Positions 47,331-59,716 of a stretch of 64,000 bases of DNA are shown one piece after another. The translations under genes and the position numbers were made by a program. Position 1 is the first letter of the stretch. Every line of letters starts with the position of its first letter. Origin of the DNA: Amphiscolops sp. MND2022. Its lineage: Eukaryota. Below the pieces are notes generated by a model. That model worked only from the letters and a program-made list of their open reading frames with translations, was not told where the DNA came from and did no database searches. The stretch covers positions 20,586,001-20,650,000 of the forward strand of contig OZ076409.1 in NCBI GenBank assembly GCA_964187785.1, read 5' to 3'.

Positions 47331-48480
47331 GTTAGTGACGACTATGTAACAACCTCAGCTTCTCGTTTCGTTGTTCCACGACAATTGTTTAATTGTTTGC
47401 GATCTCTTCTTTTCCCCAAAGTTCTTCTCTTATTCCCAGCAAACAGAAGCTGAGGAAACAAGACCTTTCCTACTGTTACTGTTTGGTGACTGTCCTATCC
47501 TATATACTCTGCCAACGAGCAAATAGAATCTGTTTTTTTTTTAAATCTACCACTTGCTTTCCTTCTTTAAAATCGCTTCTCCTTGGCAAATAAACTCATT
47601 TTCAAATATGATGATTACGTCATCGAAGCATTGAACAGTTTCCTGTGCCTCAACTCCTCTGTAAATCTACTCTCTTGCTTGCACTTGATTCGCTCCGTTG
47701 AAGCTGCTGTTTTGAGCTGCTGAAGCAATTTTTGCTTGAGAGGGAAACAGTAGCTTGTTGAAAATACAAATACCTGATACATATGTATACATATATCTAT
47801 CTCTATGCGTTTTTTTGTCTTCTGTTTTTCGTTTTTATCGCTATTTCCCATTCTAAAAGGCGGCGTTATAGAAAAAGTATTTATAACAGCGTTAATTTCC
47901 TCCCCAGGTACGAAAAAATGGGAAAATTATGAAAATAAGCATTTCAATTACAAATTGTTTCTCTGCCATTATAGGCTGACACAGTGCAACAAATAGTACA
48001 AACAGTCACAGTAATGACGAGTCAAATCTTTGCATTGTTTCGCGATTAACCAAATTTTAATCCATACACGACAAGACATTTTCTTATTACACAAGGTACT
48101 AAACAGGACAATGCACTTCCCTTATAATAAACCACTAGAAGGATGGAAAAAAGAAACGCAACTTATAATTCTCCATGAAGTCAAAGCAGGCGTTTGAACT
48201 AAATCGCTATGATATTAGTTCACATCAAGAACATCTAAGAAATTGATCTAATGACAAACGAGAATGCAAGAGAGTTCAATTATTAGGCAATTAAACTAGA
48301 ACAGTTCCATTACACACTTGAAGGAAGCTTCATCATTTTAGTCCCAGAAACAATTTCTTACTTGAGAAAAAATTTCATTATGATAAACATGACAGTCAAC
48401 AGCCAATTTTGAATGAAAAAATTACACGTGATCGTTATGGTTATTTGTCGCATTAAGAATGTTCACAGGAACGATTATTA

Positions 48481-48882
48481 AAAAGACGCCCGCTAAGCAC
48501 CGGGATATTTTCCGCCCTGTTCGCCTTTACCAACTGAGCCATAGCTATTTTGGGAGGGGGGAATAGAATCTAAAGAATAAGATATAAAATTTAGTGATTT
48601 TAGATCTTATTCCTTTTAGATCTTATTCCCTTTTTTGACTTTAGATATTATTCCCGCTGTCAGCTATTTTAGTTACTTGACTAGTAACTGAAATCGTCAA
48701 GTAACTTGACTAGTAACTGAAATTGTCAAGTAACTTGACTAGTAACTGAAATAGTCAAGTAACTAAATGCAAAATAGTCAAGTGGATTAAGTGGAGTTTT
48801 GGCAGAATTTGGAAAAAAACGCGTCACAGATCATGATTTTCCTCACCCATTTATAAAATATGGGGTCGGAAAATAATAACAA
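48481..48882 (-). mobile_element. Helentron/DINE-1-like element, family B, carrying two minisatellites
   Basis: Reverse complement of family-B ends (AGACGCCCGCTAAGCACCGGGATATTTTCCGCCC ... GGGGTCGGAAAATAATAACAA); TTAGATCTTATTCC repeats plus ~31-bp GTAACTTGACTAGTAACTGAAAT.GTCAA repeats. Confidence 0.8.
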
Positions 48883-49958
48883 GGATAAACTGAATCTCGA
48901 AAGCAACTTGAAGACCATGTAAGGATCAAATCATTTTCCAGAACTTGGCAAAAAATAAGTTTTTTTTTCACCAAGTCGCAGAAGTTGTCTATTAATCGTC
49001 GACGATTAGGGCAACAGTTCTCATCTCCTTGTGAACATTTTTCGTATAAAAAAAATTATCGAATCTTGTTGGTTCCATGATTCCATCAATGTTTCCAATC
49101 AATTAGTCTTAAACAACATGAATCGTCAGTGATCGAAAACAGAGTCTACTCGTTTCCAATGAAAAGTGACTGGTGATTCTGAGAAACCAAGCAATTAGTA
49201 TTTCGAACTCGTTGAAAAATGTTTCTGGGAAACGGTTATTTGATTATTTGAATTCATTTGGTCAGATGAATATAATTAGTCTAAACTGAGCACAATTATA
49301 ACAAAATTGTATTTACTCTTTAGTAGACACATATCTGACCGGGACGCAGTTACAATCGATTATCACTTTTTGCGCAAACAAATGGATGGTCCGTAAAGTT
49401 TGGTCATTGTTCCGAAAAATCTGTTTTCCTGCGTTCAACGAAGTTTCCATGCAATGACATCAACAAAAATTTACCAAGCGAGGTTTTTTATTCAAATGGA
49501 TTTTCTTCAAATGGATTTTTGTCTCTGGCGGCTTTGATTTTAGAGGTAAATGAGAAAAGTTTTGACATCCAAATTGAAATAAAGTAGTGACAACCAAAAT
49601 AGTAATAACTTCGAAATACTGTCCCATTTCTTTTTGGCATGACTAAAAAGTTGACGTGAAAATGTCTGACCTTTCCAATTGCTAATACTTGTTGTTGAAC
49701 TATATTCCAAACTTAGTGTTTACGAACATTTTGTTCATTATATTCCGCACATGCTTCCATATCTTTTTTGGTTACGACCAAACTGACACTAAAGGTTTCC
49801 TTTTTTCAGTTTCAAACCTTTTCTGCAATTATTTTTTTTACAGTTTTCATATTTTTCGTTAGTTTGACTATCTAAAAAGGTGCCAACCGAAAGAACCTGC
49901 TACCGATGGTGCTTCTTTTTAGGGGACTAGAAAGAAAAATTATGTTGAAAAAATGTCT

Positions 49959-50260
49959 AACAAGCCGGGAACGGCCCAAGTCGACGCTATACCTAAGGCT
50001 CAAAAAATCGAAGGGGGAGCCTTTTGGAGACAAAAAAATTCGAAAAAAAGTCGCACAGTGCCGAAAAAAATTGGAAGGGGGGACCCTTCAGTCTCGTCCG
50101 GTTTTGTATGATACGTTTAAAAAGTAAAAAATGAAAGGGTACTTATGGTAAAAACACAAAAATGCACATAATGCACAAAAAGTGGACCGATTGCGTTGAA
50201 CTGACGAAGAAAATTAGCCACTGTAAGAGTCGGGATTTTCTTCGAAAACGCCGACTAAAA
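49959..50260 (-). mobile_element. Helentron/DINE-1-like element, family A (short complete copy)
   Basis: AACAAGCCGGGAACGGCCCAAGTCGACGCTATA ... GTAAGAGTCGGGATTTTCTTCGAAAACGCCGACTAAAA; both termini present. Confidence 0.85.
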
Positions 50261-50663
50261 AGACAACAAAAACCCTCAACAGTTTTCGATCGTCTCAGAA
50301 ATATAAAACACCCACAGAGAGTTTAAGTAGCTACCCATCCGTACTCTGCTACCAAAATCAAACCGATGTTTCATATCCTTGAAAACCATTCAGGCAATTC
50401 TGTGCAGTTTTCAAATTTTTGAAAAAACGTGTGATTGGACGACGAGCTTTTTGGAGTTTATGGATATAAAAGTGCTTTAAATAGACCCCGAAAAAGACTT
50501 CAAATTCAGATTCTTATCATTGAGTTCAATTTTTAGCACAGTTTTTCGTATTTTGTAGTTAGGAACTCCGGAAAGTTCCACGTCGGCACAATAAGCTATC
50601 AAATAAACATTATTTTATGGAGAGACGTTTGTTTAAATTGAAAAATTAAAATGCTTAAAATCT

Positions 50664-50700
50664 CGGTTTCAAACAACGGTTTCAAACAACGGTTTCAAAC
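50664..50700 (+). repeat. 13-bp tandem repeat x ~3
   Basis: CGGTTTCAAACAA repeated. Confidence 0.9.
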
Positions 50701-51383
50701 ATCTTTTTGAAACGAATAGAATAGTATTGCGTCACAGAAAAAGTTCTAGAATTGATGATTTATTACTTGACCGATCGCTAACAGAACGCATGGACAAATA
50801 ATCACAACACATACAACTTCAGAATTCAGAATGGGGTGCCACAGGAATCGGAACTAGGTCCACTACTCTTCATCTAGTACATCATTTACTTAGAAAAACA
50901 GCTGGAAAAAACAATTTGTGTTGTTCGCTGTTGATGCTACTATAAATAGCCCGGAACAATATCACAAAAAAACAAATAATACAATCAAAGTGTAATTTTC
51001 GGCTCAAGAAAACGAAAGAAGAGGCCAATACTTAGTAAAGAACAGTCCTTCAAATTTTTCTGTAAGCACTTTGAGATACATCAAGATTGTAATTTGAAGT
51101 TTCTTGAGCATATTATCGATCCAATTTTATGAGGTAATCTACCCGCGTTCGTGCTTATTAACCTCGAAAGTTCCACCTCATGTTTTATAGCTCCTTCGCT
51201 AATTATATAATTAGCTCAGTTTATGGCACTCTTATTATGGCCTCTTCGTTTTCGTTTATGGAACAGCAGCCAAAACCAACCCTGCAAAAAGTTGAAGGAG
51301 AATTATAGGAACATTTTTTCAAGAGGAAATCGAATCCTCTCTCTGGTAGTTTTCAAAACACGAAAAAATTGACTGTTTTCTAA

Positions 51384-51695
51384 TTGTTGTTTGCCGCCCA
51401 CATATAATGGGGAAGGAAAATCATAATCTATGTTGCGTTTTTTTCCAAATTCTGCCAATTCTCCACGATTTCCATCTTCACTTGACTATTTTAGTTACAT
51501 GACTATTTTAGTTACTTGATTATTTCAGTTACTTGAACTGTCAAATCTTCACTTTACTACTCGATTTAGTAACTTCTAATCATCATAGCGCAGTTGGTAG
51601 TGCGTCTGCCTGGCAGACACGAGATCGTGGGTTCGAATCCGTGCTGATGCGTTAATTTTTAGCGGAAAACATCCCGGTTCTTAGCGGGCGTCTTG
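51384..51695 (+). mobile_element. Helentron/DINE-1-like element, family B, containing a tRNA-derived segment
   Basis: Family-B termini; GACTATTTTAGTTACTT repeats; A box TAGCGCAGTTGG (51586-51597) and B box GGTTCGAATCC (51630-51640) just before the 3' end GCGGAAAACATCCCGGTTCTTAGCGGGCGTCTTG. Confidence 0.8.
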
Positions 51696-54068
51696 CTTGT
51701 TTTAAAACTTGCTGAGGAGATGATCAGAAAAACCTAAACACGAGTCCATGTCTACGTATTATGAAAACCAAGAAAATTGACATTTTACTTTTATTACCAG
51801 GTGGAGTTTGAAGAACTTAATCCACCAACTTACAAAAGAACTCTCAACAAAAGCAAATCTTTGAAAAGTGGCTTAAGAGAAACGTTCAATAGGTTACAGC
51901 AAATGAAATTGACAGCGTCTGAATTGGAAAAAAAATGACGAGTTTTCATTCTATTCGTTAGATTGGAAAAGCTTCAATTACGTGAAGCCTTCCAGGATCA
52001 ATTTTGAACCCAACCAAGTGTTAGGATTGGTTCCCGGACGGGGACTCAAAGAGCCTATGCTTATTCACCGTTTTATTTGATATACTATTTCTGGTTTGTA
52101 TTTCTTGAATTCTATTCATAGTACATATCAAAAAATAAACTTCTTTCAACTCAATCGTTTCCGTATTGAATATTGCATCTACTAAATTGGCTGAATCTCG
52201 AGTATTTTTTGATCATCAGTCGGTTCTATAAGTAGAAGTTTCAGGTTGTTTACCGGCATTGGTTGCTCTGGTACGGCTTTTCCTTCATAACATTTTCAAA
52301 ATTCACATGTTGTACGTATAAAATATCGAACCAACGGCGCACCAGAAACTGGAAAAGTTTAAAACGGCTGCTGATTCGTATCGGTTGATTCGAGCATTGA
52401 ATAAGCTTTGGCGCGCAGTTGACACTTTCAATACCAAAGTTGACGTTTTATCAGACATGGTAACCATAATTCAGGCCTTAGAGCCAGCCGCCTACGTGTA
52501 GTTTGATGGAAAGTTCAATAATGACTTGAACGTGAGTTGATTTGATTGATTCTGGATATGCGATTGCAACAAAACCCAAATAGCAGAACCTGTGTCGAAA
52601 GCTGATGATTCATTGAGTAATGGAAGTGGTTTTTAAACGTCACGTGTTTGGAGCATCGAATAGTTGCATCGAAAAAGAACAAAAACAGCTTTAGATGATT
52701 CATTGTTTGTTATATGTTCGAAATACATAACAAAGTTTTTGATCGTCGAAGATGCTCATCAAAATCTCAGAAACTGTATATTTCCTGGATTCCATTCTAT
52801 TTGTATAAACAGAATTTCTCGTCTGTTGTATACTTCGAGTAGGAAGAATAAAAAGTTCATGTTAATACAATCTTCTGTTCGGTATAAATAAGGTTGATTG
52901 AATGATAAGCTCATCCATTAAAAGCTATAGAACAGTTTGGCAGGTACTTTTTTTAGCATTTCAAGTGGTACTTAAATGGCATATCACCTATACGCTACAC
53001 AATCTCGCACAATCCGACAAAACAAGCCAATATTATATGTCACATTTTTGTGACCAGGTTCGTACAAAAAATGACATCTTGTTTTTTGAATCCTTCAATT
53101 TACAGACACAAACAATGGTGAAATGCTCAAGTGAAGAATCATCAAAATCTTTACTTGCAGTTCGAGACAGATGAAAAAGTTTGAAAAAGTTTCTGACGAA
53201 GCACTGCTCAGCAAAGCAGCTATTAAAAAGGGTATGCAAACGAGAGAACAGTGATGAAAAATTGGCGGTGGTCTCTAAAACATGACATTATTCAACCGCC
53301 ATATAGTTTTCAAAGCATGTGGTTTGAGAAACTGCTGACTTTCTCAATTAAGCTTTAAATGATTAGTTATTAGTCTCTAGTTGTACTTCTGACCAACGAA
53401 CGTTCAAAACAGCAAATGATCATCAGAGAAAACGAGCATTTTATTATAATTCACTGACAGGTACTTATTCATTTGTTTGTTATACCTGGATTTTTCTGAA
53501 GATACAGAAGTATTCTAGGGGAAATGGGCTGATAGTCTCAAGGAGTGCTGTCAAAGTTCGAACTGGATCTGGTTTCACTCGAATTCATCGTTTTTGGTTC
53601 GTGTACAGAGCTTGCAAATTTTTATATTTTCTGCCCAAATTTCTTGAGGAAAAGGAAAACTAACCTCTTAGCGGCATTTTCTATTTTTTTTTGCCTGAAA
53701 ATCATTACTCAAAGCAATTTCTTCCACAAAATTCAATGACAAAAGAAAGATTGGCAGTATATATTTTACGAAGATTTTTGAATTCCACGCTTTTGCTACG
53801 AAACACAGACTATAGAAGTAACTTTATTCGAGACTGATAAATTCTGATAATTCTATAAATTTATAACATTCTCCTTTATGTTGTCCCGCCACTTACTGTA
53901 GTTACCGTGCGTGGCTGGGGGGAGAGACAGGAGTTCAAAACCCGCGCTTGATCAAAAATGTTTTCAGTTGTTTAAAAGTAGGCTCAAAAGTAGGTCAAAA
54001 GTCTGTTTTGGGTTTTCTTCGATACTGAGAAACATTTTTTCCAAAAAACTTTATTTTACCAAAGCGGT

Positions 54069-57000
54069 TGTTACGATTCATCCACTTTAGTGACCTCTAC
54101 CGTAATTCGGTTCATGAACTCAGTCTGAAAATACAGACAGTACGAGTTGTATGTAAAAAAACTCACAAAACAACTTAGCCTACTTACATGCATCTATATA
54201 TACATTCTAGATTTGTATTTGATCGAATACAGTTGTATAATTGAAGCATCATACATTTTATATCTTTTCCCTATCGTTCTTAAAACCTTAACCCTAGAAT
54301 AGAACATGGCGCAGTCAGCCGAATTTTAAAACAATACAAAATTTTAATGGCTGAAAAAATCGCAGTACCGAATCTAGAGGCAAAGGCCGGAGACGGAAAC
54401 CCGGTATTCACACCGAAACAATGGTTGGAACGATTCCGGCAATTCACGAAACGGGAACATAAAATAGATATCACACCATTGATAGAAGGAGAAGAAGTCA
54501 CAGAAACCGGATGGACCGGGAAAGAGAAATCTATCCAGGAAGATTTTATCTGGGGAGTGGGACCCGAAGCACTGTACCAAATTACTCGAGCCGAGTATAA
54601 AACGGATCCGGACAGTATAAAAATCAAAGATTTGATTCGATTATTCCTCGAATATTACTCACCGAAACGCAACACCTACCACAACCGCGGAGATTTCTTT
54701 TGGGCGAAGCAGACAGAAGAGGAAACACCCGAAGAATTCTGGAGAAGACTGATCGAAATAGAGAAAGAATGTAATTTTAGCACAATCACAGCTGAAGAAT
54801 TACTAATATCCAAATTCATGACAGCGATCACCGATAAAAGACTACGGGACAAATTGATGAAGGAAAAAACGTTGGAACTGAAAAAAAAACGAGCGAACTA
54901 ATAAAACAGAACACCTACGAGAAGAAGAACACGAAAAACACAATCCCGGAAGCACTAATCTCGACAAAAGAAAAGCAAGCGATAAGAGAAGAAGCAATAC
55001 AAAGAATGGAGAGATTCGGTACAAGACCGAAAAACAGAACAACAACAAATAGACCGTGTAGATGTTGCGGGATGCAAAACTGGACACCAACGCATAACTG
55101 TCCAGCAAATGAAACGAACTGCAACAAATGCGGAAAGAAAGGACACAACGCAAAAGTATGCAGACAAAAACATACCAACAACCGAACAGTGAAAAAACTT
55201 ACCGAAGAAGAAACAGAAGACCGAAGTGAGACATCAAGCGAATCAGATGAAAGCATACACCACATAAAAGAAATAAAGAAGATCGAAGAAGAGAACAAAC
55301 ACTATACGGCAACAGTTAAAATAAACGGTATAAAGGAGGAATTCATACTTGATACCGGATCACCGATAACAATAATGCCACCGGACGAAAAAATTCTAAA
55401 ACTAATTGAACTACAGAAAATCACAAACAGATACCAAGATGTAAACAAAAATGAAGTGAAATTCCGTGGAAAAATACCGATGAAAGCAATACGAAAGCAA
55501 CAAACAAAAAATGGAAATATTGATAACCGAAAGAACAGACATAACACTTTTACTCGGAATGGACTGGATGAAGAAATTTATATTAACAATCGGAAGAATA
55601 CAACTGGCCGATAACAACCAATCAGAACGCGAGAAAGTGTTCAACAAATTTCCGGACTTGTTCGAAAACAATGAAACGATAAAAGACGCCGAAATAAACA
55701 TTCAACTGCAGTCGGGACACTATCCGGTAAAACAAAAAGCCAGACCGGTACCACTACATCTACAAAAAGATGTAGGGCGTGAAATGAAAAGATTAATAAA
55801 ATCCGGACATTTAGAAAAAATCAATAACGTAGATGAAGATTGCTTTGTTTCACCAGCGATCATAACAGTAAAAAGCGACAATTCAGTGAGAATAGCGTTG
55901 GATTCGAGAAAACTGAACGACAGCTGCATCAAAATGAGACCCCACATGCGAATATGGAAGAACTGCTAAACCAAATTTCGGTAGAAACCACCCGGGACCG
56001 AAAACTACAATTATTCATCTCCAAAATAGATCTGGATTACGCTTACGGTCAATTGAAATTGTCGGAAGAAACAAGCCGACAATGCGTATTCGCACTAACC
56101 GGAGGAAACTTCAGCGGATACTACCGATTTACGGACTTGCCGACATACCCAGAATATTTTTGGAAAAAATTGACCGAACACTTGAATATTGCACACCGGC
56201 ATGGTTAGATGACATAATCATAGTAAAACGAGGAAGCAAACAAGATCACGAAAAGAAATAATTTGACGTGTTAAATAAACTGGAAAAAGCCGGGTACTGT
56301 GCAAGTAAAAGAAAGTCTGAATTCTTCATGAACCAATCAAAATGGTTGGGACATGAGATCGATGAAAACGGAATTAAACCGAACGAAGAAAAAGTGGAAG
56401 CAATACTACGGTTGAAACCACCGGAGAACACAAAAGAACTAATTTCATTCCTCGGAGCAAAACAATACGTGGCGAAATTCTTACCGAAGCTTTTGGAGCG
56501 AACAGACAAGCTGAGAAAACTACTGAAAAAAATGAACCATGGATATGGGGAGGAAAACAACAAAAAGATTTAGAAAAGATAAAACAAATGTTGACCGAAG
56601 GACCATGTCTAGCACACTATGCAAAAGATAAAGAAAACATAGTGACAACAGACGCTAGCACAACCGGTCTCGGAATAACACTATGGCAAAAACAACACGA
56701 TGGAAACACAAAACCGAAGCATTCGGTAGCAGATATTTGAACGACACCGAAAAGAAATACTCAATCGGTGAATTGGAATTACTAGCAGTTGTATGGGGCC
56801 TAGAAAAATTCCGATTCTACCTTTACGGAAAGAAAGTACATTTGTATACAGATCATCAAGCGTTAGTACCACTAATTAAACGGAACCGGTGTAATAAACA
56901 ATACAGTGCGAGACTAACACGGTGGTTAGACCGATTAACACATTTTGATATATCAATCCAACATATCGCCGGTAACAATTTGAAATTTACAGATTATTTG

Positions 57001-59716
57001 AGAAAAAAAGGGGGAGCCACGCCGGAAGAAAATTACGATGAAGAATACGTAATTAACATATTAACCGAACACGCTGAATTGAACTTGAAATACGGACCAA
57101 TATTCGCCGGCCAATCAGAACGCACCGAAAACAAAACAAAATTACAACCCGAGAAATTATGGACATAATTCGACGCCGAAACAATAGCCCGGAGACAAAG
57201 AGGCTAATCGAACAGAGAATTGCGCTGTCTAGACCGGGTACCCTGAGACGCCGGTACGACCACCAGAGCCAAAGAACGATATTCGCACCACCTCGGCCAA
57301 ATAAAAAAAGCCGAGAGGAAATTGCGGAAATCGATGTTGAACTGATGAGAAGATCAAACAGACTAGGCGGAGGTTATCAACTGCTACAAGAAGAGACCGA
57401 AAACAATCCGGAAGAAGGAGAAATCGAGCAAGAACCGGAAGATACGAAAAAAGACAGCATAATAATGCGCGGAGACAATTTACCAATTGTAAACTTATCA
57501 AGTACAATACGGAAGGCAAAGAGGCCAAGTACATACAAATTAACCACATCGTGAGAAATTTGACAGCGAACAAGAAAATAACTGAAGACAACATTAAAAA
57601 AGCGGAGTTCGAATTTATGCTGGATTTGAAGACATTAATTTCAAAGACCGCATAGATCCGGAACTAACTCGCGTCAGAACAAGCATGAGAAGAGAGGACC
57701 GAGAAACCGCACCAGACGGATACAAACCGGTATTTGAAAAGTTATCTATCCGATGGGGCCTTGTATTCGTCGATGACCAGACAGTTGTACCAATCGACCT
57801 AAGAAGAAGATTACTTGATATCCTGCATTTCGGCCACTCCGGAATGACAAAAATGGAGACCGAAGCCAAACTCTTTTGGTGGCCGGAGAAGAAAAACGAT
57901 ATCAAGACAAAAGTGAAAGACTGCACCGCCTGCCTCGCATCAGGTAAAAATTTAAAATACCAATTACCGAAAAAAACACTACGGAAAACTAGAAACATTA
58001 ACTGAACCCCGACAAGAATTACAAATCAATTTTAATGGAAAATTACATAATAAAAACATCCACGGAGATGTACAAATACTAATCGCTATAGACAGACTTA
58101 GTAGATGGCCAACCGTAAAAATTTGCAAAACTTCGGAGACAAAAGAGGTAATACAATTCTTATCAAGCAATTTCAACTTATACGGAATACCAGAAAAAAT
58201 CAAATCAGATAAAGGGGGCGCCTTTATCTCAAAAGAATACCGTGAATTTTGCAAAAACCGAAATATTGAAATCAAATATTGTACACCCTGAATACATACG
58301 GGAAACGGACCAGTAGAACGAGCAATCCAAACACTAAAAAACCTAGTAATAGCAAATATGGAAGACGGAAAAAATTTAACCGAAAGTGTAAATCGAGCTT
58401 TACGAGTAATGCGATTCACCGTACACACGGGATTAAAGAAAACACCTTTCGAATTACATCACGGAAGGAAACCGAGAACCGAATTACCAAATAACATTAA
58501 AGACGGTAAAACATATCTATCCGATTGGTCAGAACTTTCCAATTCAGCACCAGCACGGCCGAATATTCCGATTAACGTTGGCCGCGATGCGGATGGTGAA
58601 ATCACGAACCACATCGTGATGGCACGGACAAAAGCAGAAGAGACACAAGCAATCGAAGGATTGAATTCACTGAAGAAGAAAAATTCGGTTAGCTATCTTT
58701 TCAAATTTGTAGAAAAGAACCACAACAAAAAATGTCTTGAAGGAAAATTCCAAAACAAAATCCAAACCGCAATAAGCGGAACCGAAAATACTGTGAAAAC
58801 AGACGCGGGAAAAATAATAAGCCAAAAATTTATTTCGGGACCATTATTTCAGACCGAGAAGAAGTTGAGGCGGGAACAAATACCGCTAACGGACAATGAA
58901 ATCCAGCCAAAGAACAGACACTGTCTACTGGGGCTGGACGGAAAATATGGCCGCTGGGATGAAATCCTGCGAGACATACTCAACGGAAAATTAAAGATAG
59001 TGCAAAACCGGAAAAAGACGGAGGCCGATACCGAAGAAGAAGACGACGAAGATGACAAAGAATAGCCGGCAACAACCGAAAGATAGACATATGACACATC
59101 GGAACGAGACGGCCGATACGTCCCAGTGCAAACCAATCCGGAGGATGATGCACTGCAACTCCACACCGATGGAGAAATACCGGGTGAGAATAAAAGTAAT
59201 AACATAATTCGGCGCTCTAACCGAAATGTAGTTAAACCGAATAGATACGGTAGCATACCATACACCGGAAATTTCTGGGGATAAATAACTAAAATATGTT
59301 TGTTACAGAACCATCGTGGAACCGACATAAGGGAACCCAAAACCTGACAACATACAGAAACCGGCGGACTTTATCCCCAGTGACCCGGAACTGACACCAA
59401 ATGGAACACAAACCATGTCAGTATCAAAAACCCTCTTCGATTGGACAAAAAGATCTAAGAAGGAGACAGAGGCGGAAATGTTACGATTCATCCACTTTAG
59501 TGACCTCTACCGTAATTCGGTTCATGAACTCAGTCTGAAAATACAGACAGTACGAGTTGTATGTAAACAAACTCACAAAACAACTTAGCCTACTTACATG
59601 CATCTATACATACATTCTAGATTTGTATTTGATCGAATACAGTTGTATAATTGAAGCATCATACATTTTATATCTTTTTCCTATCGTTCTTAAAACCTTA
59701 ACCCTAGAATAGAACA
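54069..59716 (+). mobile_element. Ty3/Gypsy LTR retrotransposon, family B (copy B2), both LTRs present but coding-defective
   Basis: 238-bp TG...CA LTRs (54069-54306, 59479-59716; 3 substitutions), TSD GCGGT (54064-54068 / 59717-59721), PBS TGGCGCAGTCAGC (54307-54319, tRNA-Ser-like), purine tract before 59479; appears inserted in a family-A element. Confidence 0.97.
54347..59284 (+). pseudogene. gag-pol: Fragmented gag-pol of Gypsy B2
   Basis: Successive ORF fragments give Gag, Zn knuckles (CRCCG..HNC, CNKCGKKGHNAKVC), protease LDTGS, RT (DLDYAYGQ, WLDD), RNase H (TDAS, ELELLAVVW, TDHQAL) and integrase (HFGH..CTAC, SDKG); about ten frame changes plus in-frame stops. Confidence 0.93.

Noticed and set aside
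51581..51650. Functional tRNA gene
   Set aside because: A and B boxes are good, but the anticodon and T stems do not pair canonically and it is embedded in a repeat; treated as tRNA-derived cargo.
52100..53300. Possible decayed coding sequence (also 19900-20700 and 31640-32230)
   Set aside because: No motif recognisable in any frame; would need a translated search.
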